This document shows positions 7,988 to 19,029 of a DNA stretch of 64,000 nt, in pieces; position 1 is the stretch's first letter, and every line of letters begins with the position of its first letter. Location of the stretch: the NCBI GenBank assembly GCA_965215195.1, contig CBDCDC010000002.1, positions 3,392,001-3,456,000 of the forward strand, read 5' to 3'. A program made the translations under genes and the position numbers. This stretch comes from Candidatus Latescibacterota bacterium (GTDB taxonomy: Bacteria > Latescibacterota > UBA2968 > UBA8231). Below the pieces are notes generated by a model. That model worked only from the letters and a program-made list of their open reading frames with translations, was not told the DNA's origin and searched no databases.

Positions 7988-10900
7988 ATGGGCGAACTGA
8001 CCCTCATCTGCGGCCCGGCCCATCCCGACAAGGCAGCGCCCGCGTACGAGCGCTGCTTGGCGCACCTCAACGCGGGCGACGGTGGGGCCTTCCTCTGGCT
8101 CTTTCCAACGCAGTTCCAAGCCCAGCTCATGCGGCGGCAGCTCATCCGCGCCAGCCGCACCCGCCTGTTCACCGGGCACTTGGCCCTCAGCCTAAACAGT
8201 TTCACCGACAGCCTCTACAGCCTCTGTCCCGGCCGGCGGCCGGCCCTGCCCCTCAGCGCACACCGGCTCCTCGTCGAAGACGCCCTCGCAGCCAGCGCGG
8301 CCAGCACGCCCTATTACAGCCGCCGACCCGAGCGGTTGAGCCGGGGGCTGACTCAGTTGTTCCGCCGGCTGGAGGAAGCGGGCACACAGCCGAGCGACTT
8401 GGGGGGAACAACCCAGCGCAGCGCGGAATTGCAGGCCCTTTATGCGGCCTACCTAGAGCGCCTCGCTAGCTGGAGCGAGAGCCGCGAGCGCTTTGCCGCC
8501 GTGCATGCTCATCTCGACCGCTCAATGCTCGCACAGCACTTCCCGGGCCTCGGCTTGCTCGTGTTGTGCGGCTTTGTAGAACTGCCCGCGCCTTTTTTGC
8601 CCGTGCTGGAGAAGCTGCTAGCCCTCGTTCCAGAATCCATCGCGTTGCTCGACTACGACCCGGAGGGGCCCGGTTTTTTTGCCCGTACGCGCCCCCTGTG
8701 CGAATTCCTCCGCGCCCGCGCCGGCCGCGTCGAATACAGTGCGGCCGAGCACCACCCGGCCGCCGCCTTTGCCGGCCGCCTCTTCACCCACAGCCGCGAT
8801 AGCCTCAACGCACCTGTAGAGCGGGTCGCCTGCCCAGACCGAGTCGGCGAAGTCGCAGCCATGGCCCGCCGCATCCGCCAGTTGCACCAAGAGCAGGGAG
8901 TAGAGCTAGCCCAGATCCGCCTTGGCTTCCGCAACCTCGACGCCTATGCCGAACTTGTGGCGGAAGTGCTGCCGCGCCACGGCCTGCCTTTTTACCTCGC
9001 GCGCGGGCGGCCCCTTGCCACTGCGCCCGCCATGAACGCCGTCTTCGCGCTCCTAGACGCGGTGCTAGAGCGCTACAGCCGCGCCGCGCTCTTTCGCCTG
9101 CTCAGCTTGCCCTTGGTGCGGCTGCGCTACGCATTCGCCGGCCAGACCTGTGCGCTTTCGGCCGCGGACTTCGCTGCTTCTACGTGCAACTTCCCGCCGC
9201 CGCCCGGGCGCAACGCATGGCTTGCAGCCATCGACGACACCTGCGCTTACTTAGAGCGCGAGCTAGGCCGCGAAGGCGAGCCCGTCTGCGAAGAAATCGA
9301 CGATCCTCCGGCTTGGCGCGAGTCCCTGCGCGGCGAGTTGGCGGCCCTCCAGCCCCTACAAGCCGGCCTGACCGCGCTCTTTGACCTGCTCCAGCCCTTG
9401 GAGAGCCGACAGGATCTGCCCTCCTTCCGCCACCACTTGCTCCACGCCCTCGGCGCATTGGGCGTAGAAGACGCGCTCGCCGATGGGGCCGCAGAAGACG
9501 GTCGAGCACTGGCGCGCTTTTTGGAGCTGCTGGACGAATTGTGCGCGCCGGCCGCCGCCCTGCAGCCCCGCACTCTGGGCCAGTTCGCCGACCTGCTGCG
9601 CGACGCCATCTCCCAAGCGCACGTCCCCGCCACAACGCACGCCGGCATTCAAGTGACCGATCTCGCCGCAGCGGGCAGCGCGCCCTGCGATTACCTCTTC
9701 CTCGGCGGGCTGGTGCAAGGCGAGTTTCCCCGCTTGCCGCCGGCCGATATTTTCCTCGAAGAAACCCAGCGCCGCGCCCTGAACTTGGACGAGGACACCA
9801 CCACCGCGGCCGAGCGCCTGCTGTTCTACCGCGCCGCGTGCTCGCCGCGCCGCGGCCTCGGCGTCTTCTATCCCCAGCAGGCGGGCAGCGAGATGCTCAC
9901 TCCCTCGCCCTTTGTCACTGAGTTAGACGGCCTGCTCGGGCCGCAGGCTGCGGCGCGTGAGGCTGATACTGCGCCGGGCACCCTTGCCGAGTTGCACCTC
10001 GCATTAGGCCGCGGCCTGTGCGCGGCCCCCCCGCCGTCAGGCCGTGCATCCGACCCAGCGCTCTACGGTCAAGCCACCGCGCTGCGCCACCTCGTGCGCG
10101 GGTTGCACATCGCCGAACTGCGCACCAGCCCCGAGGGTTGCGGCAATTATGAAGGCGTACTCGACGAGGCACCGCTGCTCGCCGCGCTGCGCACCCGCCT
10201 TGGCGCGGGCCATTCTTTCTCCGCGACTCAACTGGAGCTGTACGGCCGCTGTCCCTTCCGGTTTTTTGCCGAGCACCTGCTCAGTCTCCAGCCCCTCCGC
10301 GACCCGGAAGCCGACGACTCGGCACTCGTGCGCGGCAACCTCGTCCACCGCATCCTCTACCATTTCTATGCCGATCGCGGCGAAGCGGCCGAACGCACGG
10401 AAAACTTGGCTATCAACATCGCAAAACTGCGCCACCAAGGCCGCCAAATCGCCGCAGAAATGGGGCTTACGGGCTTTTTCTGGGAGCGGGAACTAGAGCG
10501 CCTGCTCGGCTCTGACAACCGGGAGCGGGAGGGCGTCTTGCCCCGCTTCCTCCGCCTGCAAGCGGCCGCGCCCGACCCGGCCGTGCCAACCCATTTCGAG
10601 CTGAGCTTTGGCAGCTATCCCGGCATAGGGCCGCACGACCCGCAATCGACCACCACCCCCTATGCCATCGGCGACCCAGACACCGGGGACGAGGTGCGGC
10701 TCTCCGGCAAGATCGACCGCATCGACCGCACGGCCGACGGCCGCTTCGTGATCTTCGACTACAAGACCGGCCGCATGCCCTCCGCAGCCGATATTGACAC
10801 CGGCCTCAACCTCCAGCTCCCGCTCTACTTGCTGGCGGCCGAATCCCTGTTCGGGGAAATCGGGCTGCGCGAAGGGGCCGGGGCCGCGTACCTGATGCTC

Positions 10901-11173
10901 CGCGACCTAGAGGACTGCGGCCGCAGCGGGCTGTTCGCCGATGCCACTCATCGCAATACAGCCTATGTCGCCAGCGGGCGCTACGGCATGTACGACCACG
11001 AGGCGTATCGCCAGCGCCTCGACGCCGTGCGCGGCTTCGTCCTCTCGTATGCACGAGCCATGCGCCGTGGCGTGTTTCGCGTCACTACTCACGACCCGGC
11101 CAAAATCTGCCCGCACTGCCCGTATCAACAAAGCTGCCGCCTCGATCCCCAGCGCATGAGGGCCTTGTCGTGA
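7988..11173 (+). CDS. addB: AddB-like subunit (inactive helicase + PD-(D/E)xK nuclease with Fe-S cysteines)
   Basis: SATQLELYGRCPFRFF, GKIDRID...FDYKTG, CPHCPYQQSC. Overlaps addA. Confidence 0.85.
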   Translation: MGELTLICGPAHPDKAAPAYERCLAHLNAGDGGAFLWLFPTQFQAQLMRRQLIRASRTRLFTGHLALSLNSFTDSLYSLCPGRRPALPLSAHRLLVEDALAASAASTPYYSRRPERLSRGLTQLFRRLEEAGTQPSDLGGTTQRSAELQALYAAYLERLASWSESRERFAAVHAHLDRSMLAQHFPGLGLLVLCGFVELPAPFLPVLEKLLALVPESIALLDYDPEGPGFFARTRPLCEFLRARAGRVEYSAAEHHPAAAFAGRLFTHSRDSLNAPVERVACPDRVGEVAAMARRIRQLHQEQGVELAQIRLGFRNLDAYAELVAEVLPRHGLPFYLARGRPLATAPAMNAVFALLDAVLERYSRAALFRLLSLPLVRLRYAFAGQTCALSAADFAASTCNFPPPPGRNAWLAAIDDTCAYLERELGREGEPVCEEIDDPPAWRESLRGELAALQPLQAGLTALFDLLQPLESRQDLPSFRHHLLHALGALGVEDALADGAAEDGRALARFLELLDELCAPAAALQPRTLGQFADLLRDAISQAHVPATTHAGIQVTDLAAAGSAPCDYLFLGGLVQGEFPRLPPADIFLEETQRRALNLDEDTTTAAERLLFYRAACSPRRGLGVFYPQQAGSEMLTPSPFVTELDGLLGPQAAAREADTAPGTLAELHLALGRGLCAAPPPSGRASDPALYGQATALRHLVRGLHIAELRTSPEGCGNYEGVLDEAPLLAALRTRLGAGHSFSATQLELYGRCPFRFFAEHLLSLQPLRDPEADDSALVRGNLVHRILYHFYADRGEAAERTENLAINIAKLRHQGRQIAAEMGLTGFFWERELERLLGSDNREREGVLPRFLRLQAAAPDPAVPTHFELSFGSYPGIGPHDPQSTTTPYAIGDPDTGDEVRLSGKIDRIDRTADGRFVIFDYKTGRMPSAADIDTGLNLQLPLYLLAAESLFGEIGLREGAGAAYLMLRDLEDCGRSGLFADATHRNTAYVASGRYGMYDHEAYRQRLDAVRGFVLSYARAMRRGVFRVTTHDPAKICPHCPYQQSCRLDPQRMRALS

Positions 11174-14100
11174 AACGCGCCATCCCCCTGACTCCAGTCC
11201 AGCGCATGGCCCTCGACAGCCAGCGCAATATCGCGGTCACCGCCAGCGCCGGTGCCGGCAAGACCGCAACGCTAGTCGAGCGCTACATCGAGCTGTTGCG
11301 CCGGCATCCCGAGATCGGCGTACGCCAAGTGCTGGCCATCACCTTTACCCAAAAGGCGGCCGCGGAAATGCGCGAGCGCATCGCCCGGCGCCTATCCGAC
11401 GCCCTCGATCAAGAGCTGCCCGAGCCAGAGCGGCAGCGCCTGCGGCAAATCCGCGCAGACCTGCCGGCAGCGCGCATTTCCACCATCCACGCCTTCTGTG
11501 CGGCCCTGTTGCGCGAGCATCCCATTGAAGCGGATGTGGACCCGGCCTTCGCAGTCTTGGAGGAAGTAGATGCCGCGCAACTGCGGCACCAAGCCGTGCG
11601 CCAAACCCTAGAGTCCCTCGCCCGTACGCGCGACTCCGACCCGGGCAAAGAGGCCCTGCGGCGCACCTTGGCCGAATGGCCGCGCCGCTATCTCGAACAG
11701 GTCTTGGAATACTTACTCGAAAAAAAGCATCACGCCCGCTCGTGGTGCCGCCGCTACGCCGAGCAGTCGCCCGAGCAAATCCTCAGCGACTGGCGCAAAA
11801 TGCAGCAAGCGGCCGGCACTCCCGCGTGCCGCGCCCTGCTCGCGGATGCCCACTTCACCGCGATGCTCGCCGCGCTCGCCGCGCTCGCACCCCTGACCGA
11901 CGCGAGCGACTCGGCCGTCGAGCGGCTAAACCCGCTTCGCGACTCCATGCGCCGGCTGAGCCAAACGCCCCCGCTCGACGAGGCCCTAGCAATCCTCCCG
12001 CGCCTAGCCAAGGGGCTTTTGACCAACGGCAAACCCCTAAGCGGCAGCCGACTGGGCAAGAAATCCAATTGGGAGGAAGCCGCGCTCGCCCGCGTCCGCG
12101 AACTCGTGCCCGCCTTGGGGCACTGCTTGGCCCCGTACGCCGACCTCCTCGGCCTCGAACTCGGTGCGGCCGACGAGCGCGCGGCCGCCGTGCTGCCCGC
12201 CCTGTCGCGCGTCTTTCTCCGCGCCGATGCTCGCTGTGAGCGCAGCAAAGGCAACGGCCGTATGCTGGACATGGACGACCTCCTAGAGAAAAGCCATCGG
12301 CTCATCGCCTCCGACGCCGACATCCGCCACCGCTTGGCCCAACACTATCGCTTTGCCCTGATCGACGAATTCCAAGACACCGACCCCTTGCAGTGGGAAA
12401 TCATCCGCTCGCTGGCGTCGCCGGACGGGGCACTGGCTGGCGACAAACTCTTCATCGTCGGCGATCCCAAGCAGTCGATTTACTCGTTCCGCGCCGCCGA
12501 TGTCACCGTCTTTGCCCGCGTTCGCGACGCCATTGCTGCGGCCAATGCCGCGCACGAGCGCGAGTCCCGGCCCTTTTGCGACGACGGCGAGGTCCTCAAC
12601 GCCTCCCCGGACGAGCGGCTCGGCACGCTCGTCATGGGCGAAAATTTCCGCACTCTCGCCCAGCCCATTGCCTTTGTCAACGCGCTCTTTCCCAAGTTTA
12701 TGCAGGCCGTCCCGGACGAGCCTTTTCAAGTAGGCTACGACCCGCTCGTCGGGTGCCGCCCCACCAGCGCAGGCACGGGTTCGGTCGAGCTTTTGCTCTT
12801 GCCGCCAGACGATAGCCGCGATTCGACCGAGGCCGCGCTGGGCGAAGCCGAGCTGGTGGCCCGCCGCCTGAGCCACCTGCTGGCAGGCAGCGACCTACAA
12901 GTTGCCGACGAAGGGGGGTTGCGCCCGCCCGTTCCCGCAGACATCGCCTTGCTCCTGCGCCGCCGCCGCAACCTCTTCGCGTACGAAGACGCGCTGCGGG
13001 CCTGTGGCATCCCCTTCCAAGTAGCTGGCGGCCGGGGCTTTTACCAGCGCCAAGAAATCTACGACCTAGCCAATATCCTCCGCGTCCTCTGCAATCCCGG
13101 CGACAGCATCGCCTTGATGGGCGCGTTGCGCTCCCCGTACTTTGGCCTGTCGGACAACGCCCTGTACGCGCTGACCGCGCCCCACGGCGGGCGCCTCGCC
13201 GAGCACCTCGGCGACGCCGAGCAGCGTCAGCGCCTCGCCCCTGCGGACCAAGAGGCCGCCGCAGACGCGGTCGCCCGACTCCAGTGCTGGGGCGGGCTGC
13301 GCGACCGCGTACCCCTCGTCGAGCTTGTACACACCATCCTCGAAGACACCGGGGCTTGGGGCTTTCTCTGCTATGGCGAGCGCGGGGAGCAGGCCGTGGC
13401 CAACGTGCATAAGCTCCTCGACCTCGCTCGCGAATTCCGCGGTCCCTTGGCCGATTTCGCAGCCCGCCTCGACTTGTTGACTAGTGAAGAACAACAAGAG
13501 GGCGAAGCCCGCCTCGACGCGGACGCCTTGCACATCCTGACTGTGCATGCGGCCAAGGGCTTGGAGTTTCCCATCGTCGTCGTGCCCGACTTGGCCGCGC
13601 GATTCAATTTGCAAAACAGCGCCCCCGCGCTCCTCGACGCGGAAAAGGGCATCGGCTTGCGCGCACTCGACCCCGAGCAGGGCTATAAAAAGACCTCCTC
13701 CTTTATCCGCACCCTCATCAATCGCAACGCGAGCCGCCGCCAGCGCGCTGAAGAGAAGCGCCTGTTGTACGTGGCTTGCACCCGCGCCCGCGATCACCTG
13801 CTGCTCGGCGGCGCCCTGACCGACAAGCACTTTGCCGCCGACCTCGACGCGGCTGCGGACTGTCTCGGTTGGATTTGTGGAAGTCTAGCACTGACAGAAG
13901 CCGACCTCGCCTGCGGCAGCAAGGCCGTCGCGGGCGTACCATCCCCCTTGCCCATCCACATCGACCCTAGTGCATTCCCGGTCCCCGCGACCACCGCCCG
14001 CCGGGCCGGCACCCGCGCCGCCGCGCCCGCGCAAGCACCAGTACCAGCGTTGGATCTGCTGTCGCCGCTCGACGATTCCCAAGACCGGCCCGAATTCGCG

Positions 14101-14760
14101 GTTGGCGAGCTGGTTCTCTTCGCCGCCGATCCGGCCGCGCACCATCGCCAGTACGCGCTGGGTCTGCCGGCGTGGCCCCTCGGCCAAGTAGATGCGCCGC
14201 GCCGCCGCGGCATGCTCTTTGGCCAGCTCGCCCACGCCGGTCTAGAGGCCCTGAGCAACAGTCCAGACGCCGACCCCGCGGGCCTCGCCGCCGACCTCGT
14301 CGCCGCCGCCACTTTGCCCGTAGCATCCTATCGCGCCTCGTTTGAGCGCGAGCTGGCCACCCTATTGCGCCGCTGCCGCCAGTCGCCCTTAGCCGCGCTC
14401 TGGCGTACCCATGCCGAGGCCCGCACCGAAGTGCGCTTTACGCTCTCGCTGAACCGCGGATTAGTACATGGAGTGGTCGATTACATGGGACTCGGGGCCG
14501 ACGGACTGTGGGAATTAGTCGATTACAAGACCGGCCACCGCGCACATACAGAAGAGGCCGTACAGCACTACCGCCTCCAGTTGGAAGTGTACGCTCTCTG
14601 CTTACAGGCCCTGCACCCAAGCCAAGGCGAATACCGCGCCACGCTGTATTTTACCGACTTAGATGAAGCGCACCTCGTGCCCTTCACACCAGCCGAGCTA
14701 GCCGCGGCGCACACTCGCCTCGACGACCTCGTCGCCCGGCTCATTGCGGCCAAAGCCTAG
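11170..14760 (+). CDS. addA: AddA-like UvrD helicase-nuclease
   Basis: ASAGAGKT, IDEFQDT, VGDPKQSIYSFR, TVHAAKGLEF, LYVACTRA, C-terminal VDYKTG. Confidence 0.92.
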   Translation: MKRAIPLTPVQRMALDSQRNIAVTASAGAGKTATLVERYIELLRRHPEIGVRQVLAITFTQKAAAEMRERIARRLSDALDQELPEPERQRLRQIRADLPAARISTIHAFCAALLREHPIEADVDPAFAVLEEVDAAQLRHQAVRQTLESLARTRDSDPGKEALRRTLAEWPRRYLEQVLEYLLEKKHHARSWCRRYAEQSPEQILSDWRKMQQAAGTPACRALLADAHFTAMLAALAALAPLTDASDSAVERLNPLRDSMRRLSQTPPLDEALAILPRLAKGLLTNGKPLSGSRLGKKSNWEEAALARVRELVPALGHCLAPYADLLGLELGAADERAAAVLPALSRVFLRADARCERSKGNGRMLDMDDLLEKSHRLIASDADIRHRLAQHYRFALIDEFQDTDPLQWEIIRSLASPDGALAGDKLFIVGDPKQSIYSFRAADVTVFARVRDAIAAANAAHERESRPFCDDGEVLNASPDERLGTLVMGENFRTLAQPIAFVNALFPKFMQAVPDEPFQVGYDPLVGCRPTSAGTGSVELLLLPPDDSRDSTEAALGEAELVARRLSHLLAGSDLQVADEGGLRPPVPADIALLLRRRRNLFAYEDALRACGIPFQVAGGRGFYQRQEIYDLANILRVLCNPGDSIALMGALRSPYFGLSDNALYALTAPHGGRLAEHLGDAEQRQRLAPADQEAAADAVARLQCWGGLRDRVPLVELVHTILEDTGAWGFLCYGERGEQAVANVHKLLDLAREFRGPLADFAARLDLLTSEEQQEGEARLDADALHILTVHAAKGLEFPIVVVPDLAARFNLQNSAPALLDAEKGIGLRALDPEQGYKKTSSFIRTLINRNASRRQRAEEKRLLYVACTRARDHLLLGGALTDKHFAADLDAAADCLGWICGSLALTEADLACGSKAVAGVPSPLPIHIDPSAFPVPATTARRAGTRAAAPAQAPVPALDLLSPLDDSQDRPEFAVGELVLFAADPAAHHRQYALGLPAWPLGQVDAPRRRGMLFGQLAHAGLEALSNSPDADPAGLAADLVAAATLPVASYRASFERELATLLRRCRQSPLAALWRTHAEARTEVRFTLSLNRGLVHGVVDYMGLGADGLWELVDYKTGHRAHTEEAVQHYRLQLEVYALCLQALHPSQGEYRATLYFTDLDEAHLVPFTPAELAAAHTRLDDLVARLIAAKA

Positions 14761-14969
14761 CGCGACACGGCCGCGGCGCGGGCCAAAACCGCCAGCACCT
14801 CCTCGCGCAGGGCCTCTGGCAGGGCCGCGAAGTCGATCTGCCCAGCCCCGCTCGGCAGCTCGGCCCGGCTCTTGTTCCACCCTTCTTCCGCACGGCACCA
14901 CCTGATTACCACACCATTGCCCAAGCGGATGAAATACGCCCCGTCGTCTGTGTAGAGTGTCGCTCGCAT
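14757..14969 (-). CDS. Small hypothetical protein
   Basis: 70-aa ORF preceded by a purine-rich RBS (GGAGAAGGAAG), converging on addA. Confidence 0.6.
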   Translation of the reverse strand: MRATLYTDDGAYFIRLGNGVVIRWCRAEEGWNKSRAELPSGAGQIDFAALPEALREEVLAVLARAAAVSR

Positions 14970-15257
14970 AGCTTCCTTCTCCCTGAATCACGTCGTTTGC
15001 CTTCCCAGCTTGACCGCGTACTTTTTAAGCATTCGCAACGCAGCCGACAAATCATCTCGACAGCTTTGGGTCGTCAAACCCCAACCTCACCATTAGGAGA
15101 GGCGACAAAAGACCATGGCCGAATCCATCACTCACGACCGGCGCAGAGGATTGTCGAGCAGAGGGCAGCCGCCGCGTGGATTATCGGCATCCAGCGCTAA
15201 ACAAGCTCGTCCTCCCTCCCCGGCCGTCCTCTAAAGGGCGTTAAATTAGGACATTCA

Positions 15258-16952
15258 ATGCAAATTTCCGCCCTTCGGGCCTCGGCCGCTTTCGGCGCAC
15301 AGGTACAGCAAGCCGCCGAGTGCCTGTCCGCCGAGCGCGTCTATGACCGCATCCTCGCACGCGATCACGCGGTCTGGCGGCCCGACCCAACCGAGATTGC
15401 CAATCGGCTCGGGTGGCTCGACAGCCCGCGCGTCATGCGGGACGCCATCGGCCCCATCCGCCAATTCATCGACGCGGTCCGCGCCGATGGATACACCCAC
15501 GCCCTGCTGTTGGGCATGGGCGGCTCTAGCCTCGCGCCGGAAGTCTTCCGCGCGACCTTGGGCGTGGCCGATGGCTTTCTCGACCTCTCAGTGCTCGACA
15601 GCACCCAACCCGACGCGGTCTTGGCCAAGGCGCGCACCCTCAACCCCGCCCACACCCTATTTCTCCCGGCCACCAAGTCCGGCGGCACCGTAGAGACGCT
15701 GTCCTTGCTCAAGTACTTCTACAACCGCACGGCGGACGCCCTCGGGCCAGCCGAGGCCGGACGGCACTTCGCCGCCATCACCGACCCGGGCAGCGGCCTC
15801 GAAGCCCTCGCGCAGCGCCTCGGCTTTCGCCACATCTTCCGCAACGACCCCAACATCGGCGGGCGCTACTCGGCCCTGTCGCACTATGGCTTGGTCGCGG
15901 CCGGGGCCATTGGCGCGGATCTCGACTGCCTGCTCAACCGCGCCGTGCGAGCCACGGCCGACCCGCAACCGGGCATCCAACTCGGGGCCTTTCTCGGCGC
16001 AGGGGCCCTCGCCGGCCGCGACAAGCTGACCCTCATCGCTTCGCCAGCCGCCAGCGCGGTTGGCGCTTGGATCGAGCAACTCATCGCCGAGAGCACCGGC
16101 AAAGACGGCAAGGGGTTGCTGCCGGTCGATCTAGAGCCTGCGTGTGCAGCCCACGCCTACGGACCCGACCGGCTCTTCGTCCATCTGCGCTTGGACGACG
16201 CAGCCGAAGGCCGCGCCCAAGCCATTGCCGCGGCCGGGCACCCAGTCTTGTGCCTCCAGCTAGCGGACGCCTACGATCTCGGCGCGGCCTTCTTTCACTG
16301 GGAAATTGCCGCGGCCATCGCCGGATTCTTCCTCCGCATCCATCCCTTTGACCAGCCCGATGTCGAGGCAGCCAAGGAGCTGGCCCGCCAGATGGTGGCC
16401 GCCTACCAGCAATGCGGTGCGTTGCCCGCGCCCGCGCCCGACCTCGTCGATGGTCTTGCGCTATACGGACCTGTGCGGGGCACCACCCTGCCCCAAGCCT
16501 TGGCGCACTTTTTGGCACGCGGCGAGCAAGGGCGTACGTACATTGCCCTGCAAGCCCACCTCCCGCCGACCCCGGCCACCACCGCCGCTCTACAGGACTT
16601 GCGCCACCAGCTACTAGCGCACACCGGCCTAGCCACGACGCTCGGCTTTGGGCCGCGCTTCCTGCACTCAACCGGGCAACTGCACAAGGGCGACGCCGGG
16701 CGCGGGCTTTTTATTCAGCTAACGGCCGACTCGGCAGAGGACGCGCCGATTCCCGACCAAGCCGGGGCCTCGGCCTCTAGCATTACCTTCGGCGTCCTCG
16801 CCCAAGCCCAAGCCCTCGGCGACCGCCAAGCCCTCGGCGATCGAGGGCGGGCCGTGCTCCGCATCCATCTAGGCGCGGACATCGCCGCGGGCCTTGCCCA
16901 ATTGCGCCGCGCCCTAGGCCCGAACAACGACTCCACAGGAGAAGTCCAATGA
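15258..16952 (+). CDS. pgi: Glucose-6-phosphate isomerase (Tal/Pgi-type PGI domain)
   Basis: GMGGSSL, KSGGTVET, IGGRYSAL, EQLIAESTGK, PFDQPDVE, HSTGQLHKG. Confidence 0.88.
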   Translation: MQISALRASAAFGAQVQQAAECLSAERVYDRILARDHAVWRPDPTEIANRLGWLDSPRVMRDAIGPIRQFIDAVRADGYTHALLLGMGGSSLAPEVFRATLGVADGFLDLSVLDSTQPDAVLAKARTLNPAHTLFLPATKSGGTVETLSLLKYFYNRTADALGPAEAGRHFAAITDPGSGLEALAQRLGFRHIFRNDPNIGGRYSALSHYGLVAAGAIGADLDCLLNRAVRATADPQPGIQLGAFLGAGALAGRDKLTLIASPAASAVGAWIEQLIAESTGKDGKGLLPVDLEPACAAHAYGPDRLFVHLRLDDAAEGRAQAIAAAGHPVLCLQLADAYDLGAAFFHWEIAAAIAGFFLRIHPFDQPDVEAAKELARQMVAAYQQCGALPAPAPDLVDGLALYGPVRGTTLPQALAHFLARGEQGRTYIALQAHLPPTPATTAALQDLRHQLLAHTGLATTLGFGPRFLHSTGQLHKGDAGRGLFIQLTADSAEDAPIPDQAGASASSITFGVLAQAQALGDRQALGDRGRAVLRIHLGADIAAGLAQLRRALGPNNDSTGEVQ

Positions 16953-18403
16953 GCCGAGCAGACATCGGCCTAATCGGCCTAGCCGTGATGGGCGAAAACC
17001 TCGTCCTCAACATGGCCAGCCGCGGTTTCACCGTTGCCGTTTACAACCGCACAACCGCCAAGGTCGATGCCTTTATGGCCGGCCGCGCCCGCGGCCAATC
17101 CATCATCGGCACCCACGCGCCAGCCGAATTGCTCGCCCAGCTCAAAAAGCCGCGCCGCGTGATGCTCATGGTGCAAGCCGGCCAAGCCGTGGACCGCGTC
17201 ATAGCCGAGCTCGCGCCCCTGCTCGACCGCGGCGACATCCTCATCGACGGCGGCAATTCCAACTACCAAGACACGGCCCGCCGCACTCAAGAGCTCGCTG
17301 CCAAAGGCTTGCTCTACGTGGGCACTGGCGTCTCCGGCGGCGAGGAGGGTGCGCTCAAAGGCCCGAGCATCATGCCCGGCGGCAACCCCGCCGCCTGGCC
17401 CCACATCAAAGACCTCTTCCAAGCCATTGCCGCCAAAGTAGCAGACGGCAGCCCGTGTTGCGATTGGGTGGGCCGCGACGGCGCCGGCCACTACGTGAAA
17501 ATGGTCCACAACGGCATCGAGTACGGCGACATGCAGATGATCGCCGAGGCCTACGCCCTGATGCGCGAGGGGCTCGGCATTGAGCCGCAGGCACAGAGCG
17601 AAATTTTCAAGCAGTGGAACGAGGGCGAACTCGACAGCTACCTCATCGAGATCACCGGCCATATCCTCGCCAAGATCGACGACGAGACCGGCCAGCCAAT
17701 GGTCGATGTCATACTCGACGCGGCCGGGCAAAAGGGCACTGGCAAGTGGACCGGCATCGACGCCCTGCAATTGGGCGCACCAGTGACCGCCATTACCGAG
17801 GCGGTCTTCAGCCGCGCCCTGTCTTTCCTCAAGGACGAGCGCGTGGCGGCAGCCGGCGTTCTCCAAGGGCCAGACGCTTCGTTTACCGGGGACAAAGACG
17901 CTTTCGTCGCAGACATCCGCCGAGCACTGTACGCGGCCAAAATCTGCTCCTATGCCCAAGGCTATCAGTTGCTCGCCCTCGCCGCCCGCGAATACAACTG
18001 GGAACTCAACTACGGAAACATCGCCCTGCTGTGGCGCGGTGGCTGCATCATTCGCGCCCAGTTTTTGGGCCGCATCAAGGAAGCCTTTGACGCGGATCCA
18101 ACGCTGGCTAACCTGCTACTCGCGCCGTACTTCAGCCGAGCACTCGCGCAAACCCAAGCGTCTTGGCGCAGAGTCGTGGCCACGGCCGCGACCCTCGGCA
18201 TACCCGTGCCAACCCTTGCCAGCGCCCTCGCGTACTACGACGGCTACCGCTCCGCCCGCCTGCCCGCCAACCTGCTCCAAGCCCAGCGCGACTACTTCGG
18301 TGCCCACACGTATGAGCGCACCGACAAGCCACGCGGCACGTTCTTCCACACTAACTGGACCGGGCGCGGAGGCGCGACCGCATCAACAGCTTACAACGCC
18401 TAG
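16949..18403 (+). CDS. gnd: NADP-dependent 6-phosphogluconate dehydrogenase
   Basis: GLAVMGENL, VKMVHNGIEYGDMQ, QKGTGKWT, QAQRDYFGAH. Confidence 0.97.
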   Translation: MSRADIGLIGLAVMGENLVLNMASRGFTVAVYNRTTAKVDAFMAGRARGQSIIGTHAPAELLAQLKKPRRVMLMVQAGQAVDRVIAELAPLLDRGDILIDGGNSNYQDTARRTQELAAKGLLYVGTGVSGGEEGALKGPSIMPGGNPAAWPHIKDLFQAIAAKVADGSPCCDWVGRDGAGHYVKMVHNGIEYGDMQMIAEAYALMREGLGIEPQAQSEIFKQWNEGELDSYLIEITGHILAKIDDETGQPMVDVILDAAGQKGTGKWTGIDALQLGAPVTAITEAVFSRALSFLKDERVAAAGVLQGPDASFTGDKDAFVADIRRALYAAKICSYAQGYQLLALAAREYNWELNYGNIALLWRGGCIIRAQFLGRIKEAFDADPTLANLLLAPYFSRALAQTQASWRRVVATAATLGIPVPTLASALAYYDGYRSARLPANLLQAQRDYFGAHTYERTDKPRGTFFHTNWTGRGGATASTAYNA

Positions 18404-18743
18404 TCTAAAAAACGTTTGGCAAACGCTGCATTGACGTACGCAATTTGTCGCATACAGCCGGCGTTTTTCTGTGCAAGTGCCGATGCCGCCGCCTGCCCGT
18501 TTGCATTGTTTCGCCCTATGGAAATAGGGTGCTACGCGCCTTCTCATCCCACCCGTACGCACAACGCGAATGAGATAAGATCGCGCCTTTCGACCGCTTC
18601 TTTGCCGCGATAATTTTTCCCCATACGACACGCCAAATCAACGCGCCCATTCCGCAAAACTTTGCGCCGCCGGTCGGCACATCGGCACAAATGTCGCCGC
18701 AGCACTAGAAGCTGAATTGTCGCTAGCAATTTTGTGGTTTCCT

Positions 18744-18847
18744 CTAACTACACGACATCAATAACTTGTCGTTGATGGGCGATGCGTCCGGGATCGAGGG
18801 CAAGATGCCCTCGATCCGAGGGTAAGGCCCTACTGTCGTGTACCTAG
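18744..18847. mobile_element. MITE copy C
   Basis: Ends CTAACTACACGAC ... GTCGTGTACCTAG. Right half is nearly identical to copy A. Imperfect TSD GGTT-TCCT / GGTTGTCCT. Confidence 0.85.
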
Positions 18848-19029
18848 GGTTGTCCTTTGTTTGGAACGGCACGAGGACCTCGTCTCTAGAGAATGTCTGC
18901 TGCATCCCCTTTTGCTATTTTTTCGCTAGGCGCACAATACCATTTTGCAGTACATTTGCTAAATACTATATTTTTTTCTTAATTTGAAAATGTTACACAT
19001 ACACTTACTCTAAGGTGAAAGGATTTTTC

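Noticed and set aside
7988-14760. Helicase-nuclease pair as a novel defence system
   Set aside because: Architecture and motifs match the housekeeping AddAB recombination complex.
18404-18740. Long intergenic region as a possible ncRNA or tRNA
   Set aside because: I could not identify a cloverleaf or known riboswitch motif by eye. An Rfam/Infernal scan would be needed.
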